In this document: piece after piece, positions 54,852 through 64,000 of the stretch | How positions within the stretch are numbered: the stretch's first letter is position 1 | Layout of the letters: every line of letters starts with the position of its first letter | Assembly (NCBI GenBank): GCA_946965045.2 | Contig: OX337228.1 | Location: 248,001 to 312,000 of the forward strand | Length of the DNA: 64,000 bases | From: Epithemia pelagica | Lineage: Eukaryota > Protista > Bacillariophyta | Reading direction: 5' to 3' | Made by a program: the position numbers and the translations under genes | The notes under the pieces: model-generated | Seen by the model: only the letters and a program-made list of their open reading frames with translations | What the model was told of the DNA's origin: nothing | Database searches by the model: none

Positions 54852-56480
54852 GGTTTCTTGGGGACAAACGGTTCTCCACACACACACTAGCAGCTGTATG
54901 ATTCTCTCCAACACACACAACAAGAAAACGAGAGAGACAGAACACACACACACAACAAGACAACTGGATCGATGAATGCGACAAGGTTGTTGCAACAATC
55001 ACAAATGCCAATCCGTCTTGTGTTCTTGTTTTGTGGGCCACCCCAAAAAGTGCGCGCCTCGGTCCAAAAAGTGTGGACGTACTTGCCGCCGCCACCCGCC
55101 AGGCTTGGATGCTATCGCGCGCCCGAATACCGTTTCGATTTGGAAGTATTCGTTAGAGATCGACCATGCCGTGCATGCGTGCCACGACCGCGCCCCTCGT
55201 TCTGGCGCGACGGGCCTGCGCGAATGGAACGTGGGGCGACTGTTTGTCGTTTAAATTTCGAGAACCGGGCCACACACTCCGTCCACAGAATCCATATCTC
55301 CACAGAGAATCCATAGATCTCCTACTAGGAGTATCTCGTGTCGCTGCGTAGAATATGGTCTCTCTCGATCTCGAGGAGACGAGAGGCTTGCACTGGTATA
55401 GAGCCGTAGTAAGAGCAACCCTCTTCTCACCTTTGGAAAAAAAGACTCTGCGACGGCCACCCTGTCGTACCCCGGACAAACACTACTTGTTCCAAGAAAA
55501 AAAGGAAGAGGACGAGTGATGACTTGGAACGTTGGACGGACGGAACAACCACAATCACACACACAAGAGGAAAATTCCATTCCGACGGAACCATGCCATG
55601 GTGTTCGATCCTTGTCCAACCTTTTTTCCAAGGTCGAATCTGTCCGGAACAATATGACTTTTTTGTATGGTTCCGGATGAGACAACCAGTGGAATCGTGG
55701 AATACCCAGATACAACCAACTTATATAGAGTCATTCCCCACGATACTTTTCATAGAGAGGTGTCGATTCTCCCGCCGGGTATGAAAAAAACGAGAGGTAC
55801 TACTCCATGCATACTAGGAGTAAACTACCTACGCATACTTACTCTCAAGGCGTCTAAATGGCGAATAGTCTATACTCGTGAACGATGGTTGGATGCCTAG
55901 CGCCTGACCCATGGACGGACAGTCCCTTTGAAAAGGGGGCGGGGGCATGGAAAAGTTTTGTGGGGAGGAACCAAAGGGAATGGTGGAGAAGAACAAACTG
56001 TGGTGGCATTGCCACCGAACCAGAACCAAGAAGCCTCATTCATACAGGCGGGCTCATCGAACAAAGTGTTTCATCTACTATTAGTGAAGAACGAGTTGTG
56101 TGTGTGTCCAGACAAAAGAGCATTGATTGTTTGGTTGGTTGGTTGGTTCTTTTGGAGACGACCAAAAGAAGAAGGCAACAACAACAAAAGAAGAAGAACG
56201 ATACACAACGACGACAAACGAAGGAGTTCACCCACCCACACGTTTCGTCGTTCCGTTGTGGTGGATTCGTGCTCGTTCTTTCTCGGCGCTTTCTTTCTTG
56301 TTGAGTTCCTTGATACTTCTGCTGCTGCTGCTGCAGTGTCTCTCTCGAGGACCTTTGTTTTCCAAAGTCTTCCGAGTGCCAGTGTAGTTCCTCCTCCTTC
56401 TGCCATTTTCTGGATTGTTGTTCTCTCCAAAGTCACACCACAAAAAGGAAAACACCAAGCATTGAATATTCTCCGTCATC

Positions 56481-58561
56481 ATGAGTTCGTCTGAGAACGA
56501 CCATGAGGAATTGGTGTCGCAATTCCTGGCCATTACGGGCAGTTCCGATGCCAGTACGGCCCGCACCTATTTGGAAATGAGTGGGACCAATTTGGAAATG
56601 GCCATTGGCTTGTTTCTCGAACACACGGGGGGCAGTGGTGGTGGCAGTACCAACACAGCGACGACAACAACCAATGCTGCTGCTTCCAGCAGGGGAGGCC
56701 ATTACGACACGGATGCCGATGCGGCCTTGGCGGCTTCCTTGGCGGCCCAGGACGACGAAGCGCACGAAATTCGTGCGCCGGATGCGACTCGGACCATGCG
56801 ACTCATGGAAGATGGCAGTAGTTCCTTTCATCCCGCACTCTTGGCGGCCGCCGATCCATCGATTCGCATGATGCATGAAATGATGATGATGCCCCAACCC
56901 CAAGATCATCATCGACCCTCGGCCTTTGCCGATTCGCCCATTGTCACGAATCGACGATCGGCCCGACAAGCACTCGATGCCGCCATGGCAGCGGCGGCTG
57001 GTGAAACCAAACACGACGACGATGACGACGATGATGGCATGGGAGAGGATGAGGATGGCGAACAAGACTATCAATACGACGATGCCGACGACGATGAGGA
57101 TGATGACGTGGATATGCAACAAGCGGACGACGACGATGATGACGACGAGCGTCCCTCGGCCGCCACCGCACCGCGCTTGTCCGACATGTTTGCCGCACCG
57201 CATCATTTGTTGTATCGCGCCGGTGGCTTTCAAGGCGCTCGGCAAATGGCCAAGGATTCCAAACGATGGTTGCTCGTCAATTTGCAACGCGATTCCGAAT
57301 TTTCCTGCCATGCCCTCAATCGCGATGTTTGGAGGAACGATTTGGTGGAAAATTTGATTCGAGAAGGCTTTATTTTTTGGCAAGAAGTGAGTACGACTCC
57401 AATCCGGAGAAGGAACCAACCACCAAGAGAAGCGCGCGCTATGTTGTATGGTTTCTAACACTTGTGGTGGTTCCTTTGGTGTTTCTGGAATGTGTGTGAA
57501 TGATTGTGTTGTGCGTTGTTGGTTCTTTTGTGTTTCTCGCTTCTTGATTGTTTCTTTTGTATGTTTGTTTGTTCCCCATCATCATTACCATATACACAGG
57601 ACGATGCCTCGATGGAGGGTTCGCAATTTGTCCAACGCTATCATGTGCAAGCCTTTCCGCACATTTCCATGATTGATCCTCGAACGGGACGATTGTTGTG
57701 GAAACGGGAAGGATGGACGCAGGAAAATCCCATGACGGCCCAAGCCTTTGCCGAATTGGCCATGGATTTTTGTTCGCGCAATTCCCTGGACAAACCACCG
57801 CAGGCACCCAAACCACCGTCGCAACAGCAATCGCAGTCGCAGTCACAGTCACAATCGCAACATCAACAGTCCTTGCCCAGTGATCCCGATGCCATGACGG
57901 AAGAAGAACAATTGGAAGCCGCCGTGCAGGCTAGTATGATGCAACAACAACCCAACAGCACGGACGGCAATGATGATGATGATGACGACGACGAAGTCCA
58001 ATTTGTGGGTCATTCAGCAGCCGAAGCTCGGGCGGCCACCAGTCCCGTGGCTCCCACTGCTGCTGCAGCAACGCCCACTGCAACAACGGCAGCCGCAGCA
58101 GCTCCCACGCCCGCTCTGTCGTGGATGCAAGACTTGTGGAATGTCGAGGTGACACCCGAATCCACTACTGATGGTAGTACTGCTCGTCTGTCCTTTCGCA
58201 TGCCCAATGGCTCGCGTGTCGTACGGTCCTTTTCTCCCTCTGATACAGTCCAAATGGTCTATGCCTTTGTCGCGGTACGTACATACTTTTGTTTGTTGGT
58301 TTTTGCGAGTGGAATTTGTGTTTCTCATAAGAATGTATTCTTGTGTGTCGTTTTTGTGTCTTTTCGTGTTACAATGTACATGATTGATGTTTTGTGGCGG
58401 TACAGCAATCGCTCCGGGATGGTGACCAGGAGGACGAGTTGGTATCGAAACAATTTGCCCTCAAGGTGGGATTTCCACCTCGCGATTTGGCGTCGCAAAT
58501 GGAACAAACCATTCAAGAGGCCTCCTTGCATGGAGAAGCCGTCACGGTACGATGGATGTAA
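56481..58561 (+). CDS. UBXN7: UBA-like + UIM + UAS + UBX protein (p97/Cdc48 adaptor); exons 56481-57386, 57600-58274, 58406-58561
   Basis: ELVSQFLAITG..YLEMSGTNLEMAIGLF; KRWLLVNLQ..FSCHALNRDVW; EEEQLEAAVQASM; RMPNG..RSF..GFPPR. Two GT-AG introns keep the frame. Confidence 0.9.
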
Positions 58562-58894
58562 ATAAACCACCACGACAACGAGACAGGTACATGCCTGGAC
58601 TCCCCTATATGCGCACACACAGTGGTAGTTCCTCTAGAGAGAATCGTATATAATATAAAGTGGTGTGTGTGAGTCTGTTGTTGTTGTTTGTGCACGCCCT
58701 TTTGTTGTTCCAACACACACACGCCTCTAGTTTTTTCTTTCTGCATTTCTATATTATGTGCATCCTTGATATCATACTGGTACGGGTCTGACTTGTTCAT
58801 ACAACTAGCTAGAGGAGTAGCTACCAGTTCCGCACCAGAAAGAGGAGAGGGCGTCGACGGGCGTGGACCTATTACGAGCGTGCCATGTCCACCA

Positions 58895-58904
58895 TTTTGG
58901 CGCG
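58895..58904 (+). promoter_or_regulatory. Candidate E2F binding site upstream of MND1
   Basis: TTTTGGCGCG matches the TTTSSCGC consensus, ~210 bp before the MND1 ATG. Confidence 0.45.
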
Positions 58905-59115
58905 CAGAGCGGCCCACGGAAGAAAACTTGCATCCAACAAATCAAGACGCGCATTGCTTGTCCCCCGGATCATCCAAAGAGGAAGCAATAGACCAAACAC
59001 CAGAAACACCAACCCGAGAGCAGCAAATCGTTCTTCTTTGTGCGCAAGACACACAACAGAGAAAAAGACAGACAGTCGGCGTAGGGGAGGATCCGAAAAC
59101 GGCAGTACATCCATC

Positions 59116-60268
59116 ATGGGTGGTTCGACGAAACGCATGTCCATGGACGAAAAGCGCAAGGCGATTTTGGACATTTACCATAGCAGCCAATCGGTCTATA
59201 CGGAAAAGGAAATTTTGGCCTTGGCCGCCAAAGCGGGTGTCAATGCGAGCACGTACGTGACGATTCGAAACGGGTGATAATGGTGAATGCATACAAGTGT
59301 GGAACAAAGAAGAATCTGGAGTCTCGTACCAACCAGTCATGCTCTCGTTCCACCTCGTACTCATCCTTCTCCTTGTGTCATGTGTGTGTGTGTTTTGTGG
59401 TTGGGACGGTCCCCCATTCCTCCTTTTCTTGGTACAAACGAATGTATATACACAGCGTCGGTGACATTCACACGGGATTGGTGGACGATGGGTTGGTGGA
59501 CAAGGAAAAGATTGGAGGATCCAATTATTTTTGGTCCTTTCCCTCCAAGGCCGATCGACAGGCCCAATTGGAACATGAACGGGTCCTGGTCGAACTGGAA
59601 CAATTGAAACAGGAATTGGAACAAGCGGAACAAGCCTTGGCTTCGGCCAAGCGAGGACGCGAAGAAGAAGAAGAAGACGAAGAAGAAGACGAACAACAAG
59701 TGGAGGGCGAAGCCACGAACCAGGAGAACCAAGCAGCAGCCCCACAGGATCCACAAGAGGAGACGACAACAACGAATGCCGACACCACCAAGCCAGTCGA
59801 CAAGAACGACGACGACAAGGATGAGATTCCTCGTCGACGATCCCACAAATTGGCCCGATTGTCCAGTTTGACACTGGAACGGACCGCCTTGGAGACCGAA
59901 TTGGCATCTCTCAAGGAAAATGATCCCCAAGCCTTGGCCGATTTGCAACACGAACTGAATCTCGTCATTCAAGGCGCCAATCGATGGACCGACAATATTT
60001 ACAATTGCCAAACCTACCTGGTCAAGAAACGAGGCATGAACAAAAAAGATGTGGTACGAACGAACGAAATGAACGAACGAACGACATGTTGTGGACTTGT
60101 ACCAATACCGTTGATGTCTCACATGTGTGCGTTTGTTGTGCCGTGTGTTTGGGTATGATCTTGTTTTGTTCTTGTTCTTGTTGTTGTTGTTGTTTGTATG
60201 CACAGAATCGCATGTTGGGTATTACCGATGCCTTTGATTACCCCGAAGACAAGATTCCAAAAAAGTAG
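59116..60268 (+). CDS. MND1: Meiotic nuclear division protein 1; exons 59116-59252, 59456-60053, 60206-60268
   Basis: MSMDEKRKAIL..YTEKE; LVDDGLVDKEKIGGSNYFWSFPS; ANRWTDNIY. GT-AG introns preserve the frame. Confidence 0.93.
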
Positions 60269-60694
60269 TACTACTAGTAGCGCAAGGGGAAGACATTCTG
60301 TTGGAGCATGGATATGGCCGTTTGTTGGATATGGTGGGAGTATCACAGAGCTCCACGAGAGTGCTGTGACGATTCACAGTGAATGGGACCGTCGCACGCC
60401 ATTGTCTACAACCGGCAATCTTCTTCGATCCTACCGTTTTTGATGGACAATCGACAGTCGGTATTTGTGGGGGATGCTTTCTCATCAATACATTCATAAT
60501 AATGGTCTACACACTGCTGCAATGGTCCCTACTCTATACTGCTTAGTATATTGCCAGAGATTCTACATGGCACCAGAGTGATATTAGAGGATTGGAACGT
60601 GTGCCGTCTCGGACCCAACCAACAGTAGGAACAACAACACCAAGGAGGAGGAGGAGGCCTCGAATATCGCTCGTACATTGTAGCAGAGAGGCAC

Positions 60695-62524
60695 CTATTG
60701 GTTTGAAATTTTGGATGCTTGCTGTTGCAAGAGTTGAATCATTTCACGGAGTGCTTGCGTCAAGGTCCGTTCGGGTTCCTGGAGAAGGAATGAGAGTGTG
60801 TTGTTGTTGTTGTTGGTACTCGTCGTGTTGGTGCTGTTGCGGAATGTGGAGGGTCTCGGTAGTAACAAGTGTCGTAATTTGGGAGTATCGAGTGCCGTGG
60901 TGTGGGGGGCAAACTGTGCCGTACTGGTATTGGTATACGTCAGGACGGGGGCCGTCCAATACGGGTGATACAGACGTTGCAAATCGGCATGCACCACGGC
61001 TGGTATCTGATAGGCGACCGCTTGACTGAGAAAGCCCGTCAATCGGGAATGCGAGTTGAGTCCAAAATACTGGGGTGTCGTCTGGGGATCGACGAGGAGC
61101 AACAAGACCTGACACTGTGTGGCAATGCTCCGTTGAAAGTCGACAAAATCATCGTGTTGCACGACCGTGACACGATCCGGACCCCACACTGTTTTGGCAT
61201 AGTCGTGTGGCAAACCGGAATACATTCGAGCATGCAACAAGACACGAAAGGTTGGATGTTGTTGCTGCTGTTGTTCTTCCTGAACCAATTGGTTCAAGGC
61301 ATGTACCAAGGCGGTTTGTTTCTTGCTTCCACTGGGACATAGCGTAATAGTGGTTTTGTTCTTCTTGTTGTTGTTGTTGCTGCTGCTGTTATTGGTTGTA
61401 CCGATTCTTGTGGAAGTATCAAATTGCGGCAAATCGACCGTCGGAAAATGACAGGCAGGTTCGAGAGGCGAGATCCAACAGACTTGTCGTGTGGCGGGTG
61501 CGACGTGTGCGGGTGAACATCGACTACAACTGGTATGCATGAGACAAAAATGCTGGTTCGGTGCCTGCTTCATCCACTTCGTAAAAGACTGGTACCTGGC
61601 CGCATCGCAACTAATGCCAATCTTGGCACGATAGTTGCGATCGTAGGCCGTATAGCGGACCATGCGTCCAAATTGGGCCAGTGTGCCATCGGCTCGGCGC
61701 CGAATCGTTCCGGCCAAAGTGGTATTGAAATACCGGGAAAAACTCGTCTTGGACACGGAACTGCCATTGGCATATTGCTGTTTGTGGAAGGAATGGTCTT
61801 CGGCCAGGGCAACGTCAAAGACAATTGGCTGTGTACCCGTACTGCAATTGATACGATGCCACGGTAAGGGATATCGCAATATAGTACTTTCGATCACTTC
61901 GTAATGATAATCGGCCTTGTTTTCTAACGCCACACTGCATGGAGGAGCGCCCGGAGTTCCCAGTTCCAACAAGGGTTGCTGTAACAAGGCGGCGCGGTCG
62001 GCCGCCGATTGCACCAACAGTGGTGCGTCAACCTCAGCCGCTGAACTGGATGAAAATTCGGTCGACGACAAGGACGATTCGGTCGACGATTGCACGATCA
62101 GTGGGGGAGCATCGACCGTCGATGACGATACTGACGACAAGGATGATGATTCGGTCGACGATTCAGGGAGGGACGACGATGGTGGCTTGGGAATCCAGGG
62201 TTGTGCATCGTAGTGCGGGGAATGACTGGCCGTACTGGAAATGGTGGTACTGTGGGAAATCGACCACAACGTAAAAGTCAGCACGAGCAGCATCGACAAC
62301 CATGTCCGGATGAACAAGTGGTGTCTCGTTGCCCCCGCAGAAGTAGACGAACCGGAGGAGGATGGAGAATCCTCTTCCAGTTTCGTGGCATGGCGGTTTT
62401 TACTGTTGATGATGGCGAGTGGCTGTCGTTGTCGTTGTCGTCGTCCAGCTAGAATAGTATATTGTGCTTCTTTCTGTCCAGTCTCCGAGTCGACGACAAC
62501 GACATCTCCATGCTGATGGGACAT
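60695..62524 (-). CDS. Hypothetical type II membrane protein (609 aa), possibly glycosyltransferase-like
   Basis: One N-proximal hydrophobic segment (LFIRTWLSMLLVLTFTLWSI), a Ser-rich stem, then a globular Cys-containing region. The function is a guess from topology only. Confidence 0.65.
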   Translation of the reverse strand: MSHQHGDVVVVDSETGQKEAQYTILAGRRQRQRQPLAIINSKNRHATKLEEDSPSSSGSSTSAGATRHHLFIRTWLSMLLVLTFTLWSISHSTTISSTASHSPHYDAQPWIPKPPSSSLPESSTESSSLSSVSSSTVDAPPLIVQSSTESSLSSTEFSSSSAAEVDAPLLVQSAADRAALLQQPLLELGTPGAPPCSVALENKADYHYEVIESTILRYPLPWHRINCSTGTQPIVFDVALAEDHSFHKQQYANGSSVSKTSFSRYFNTTLAGTIRRRADGTLAQFGRMVRYTAYDRNYRAKIGISCDAARYQSFTKWMKQAPNQHFCLMHTSCSRCSPAHVAPATRQVCWISPLEPACHFPTVDLPQFDTSTRIGTTNNSSSNNNNKKNKTTITLCPSGSKKQTALVHALNQLVQEEQQQQQHPTFRVLLHARMYSGLPHDYAKTVWGPDRVTVVQHDDFVDFQRSIATQCQVLLLLVDPQTTPQYFGLNSHSRLTGFLSQAVAYQIPAVVHADLQRLYHPYWTAPVLTYTNTSTAQFAPHTTALDTPKLRHLLLPRPSTFRNSTNTTSTNNNNNTLSFLLQEPERTLTQALREMIQLLQQQASKISNQ

Positions 62525-63558
62525 TTTCCAAGTTTTTTTTCAGATGAGAGAAAAATGAGGATGAGGATTGAGGATGTTCCAACCGAGTGGAAAGGTAAGA
62601 CGGGTAAGTTTTGGGGAATAGGGAAATGAGGGACTTTTAGAGGAACATATAGAAGGACTTTCGGATAAATAGTTTTTTTGGTTGCTTCGAAATCCTCCAG
62701 TTGATTGCCGTGTGTCCTTGCCGTTGCTCTCCTACGCCTCATCCATCCATACCAAAGCATCCATTGTCGTCCCTCCCTGCAATCTTCGTTCGTTCCATCG
62801 TAATCCATCTCCAATGACGATCATCTCGTCGCGACCTTCCACCCCCAAAGTGGAAGTCTTTCCAAATGTTCTTGTAGGTCGATCAAACTCGCCAACTCAA
62901 TGCCGCCCTTTTCACCCATCACGGTACACTTGATTCTGAAGACTCCTTGATGGTCGGAGGAGTGCAAGGACCTTTCGTTGGAGGTGCACACCGGCTTGAG
63001 TGTGCCATTGTGGTGTTATGCAGTGCAAAATGACCGTAGTGGTCTTCCTACGATACGAAAATAGAATCACTATAGAGAAAACAGTGGAGGCCTTGAAAAG
63101 CACGGGCTACTGCTGTAACAATGTCAGTCCGGTGGAGCTCGTAAGTAGTATTGTGCCCACAATTCGTTGCTGGTTGGGTTCATTATATAGTAGTGTACGG
63201 GGATCAAAAGTTTTCCCGAAAGTCTCTCAAAAAGCTATCCTAAAACTCCGAACGTCTCTCAAAAAGCTATCCGAAAGTCTTTCATTTGACTTTTTCAGGC
63301 CTTTATAGCGAAATGAGAGACATTCGGGGAAACTTTCGTTTTTAGGGATAGGGTTAAACTTTGGAATGCAGTTGAAGTGGCACTGACAAGACAACTAGGG
63401 TCATTTTCTTTAAGAAGAGTCAATATGGAAGAGTAATGGAGACATCGACGGTCACTGGATGGTCTGTCCGAATGTCAGTCTAATTTTTGAAAGTTTCTCC
63501 GAACGTCTGTCATGAAAGTCCCTCATTTCACTCCTCTCTAAGGGGGTATGTTATCGGG

Positions 63559-63667
63559 CGCGCGGAGCATGGGCGGAGCATGGATATGGGGGGAGCAATG
63601 CATGCTCCACGATGCATGCTCCGCGCGTCTATATTATCGGTGGGCGGATGCAGAGATGCGGAGCATG
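63559..63667. repeat. GC-rich cluster of GGAGCATG motifs with a 13-bp perfect inverted repeat
   Basis: CGCGCGGAGCATG (63559-63571) / CATGCTCCGCGCG (63615-63627); further motif copies at ~63575, 63601 and 63660. Confidence 0.7.
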
Positions 63668-64000
63668 CGCGGCGCGCGCGCTCAAAATCCTCGACCGTCA
63701 CGGAAACGCGTATGGGTCGCCTTAAGTATGGAATCGAAAAGGAAGGAGAAGAGCAACTTTGGGAAGACGATGGCAAGCAAAGGGGTGGTTTCCGGACACA
63801 ATAATCATTCCCTTTATAGACTACTTATCATTTAGAGTATCCATTGGATATTTCACCTGTTGTTCTGTTGGCCCTACGAGCTCATGTGGGAAAGACACGT
63901 CAATTTCCATGCTCTACGGAAACACAACCTCCACCATGAGGATGGAAAAGACTCCTAAAGAGCAAGGCAGCAACAGTTGGCCGACTATATGTACTTGTCT

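Noticed and set aside
52900-58000. Numerous short overlapping ORFs and GTT/GAC/CAA triplet runs
   Set aside because: Shadows of poly-T/Q/D/N tracts in host proteins; ordinary for this kind of genome.
1-64000. CRISPR array, rRNA or tRNA genes, prokaryotic or phage origin
   Set aside because: No repeat-spacer arrays or RNA gene signatures seen. Spliceosomal introns and LTR elements show the DNA is eukaryotic.

Overview
Eukaryotic DNA, inferred to be a pennate diatom from its CoDi-type copia elements, short GT-AG introns and Q/T/P-rich proteins. About 0.7-50.3 kb is a dynamic accessory island lying around and between a coiled-coil gene (1573-3996, -) and an atypical E2F/DEL gene (50595-54851, -). 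Its core is a ~6.74-kb unit repeated three times in tandem (3496-17979, 17980-30931, 30932-37675), plus a rearranged fourth partial copy. Each unit reads: coiled-coil 5' fragment, ~170-bp MITE-like element, truncated copia gag, a coiled-coil + PD-(D/E)xK nuclease + kinase gene (-), and a divergent P-loop NTPase + PD-(D/E)xK nuclease gene (+). These two architectures resemble the C-terminal modules of Crinkler/RHS-type effectors. Two full-length Ty1/copia elements with 5-bp TSDs and a mariner remnant are nested in the array. An 8.8-kb insertion carries a disrupted RAG1/Transib-like DDE transposase and a convergent unknown ORF. The fourth copy is an open in-frame Gag-NTPase-nuclease fusion ORF. 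The right end holds ordinary host genes: DEL/E2F, a UBXN7-like gene, MND1 and a type II membrane protein. All alignments, domain calls and mismatch counts were made by eye; no searches were run.
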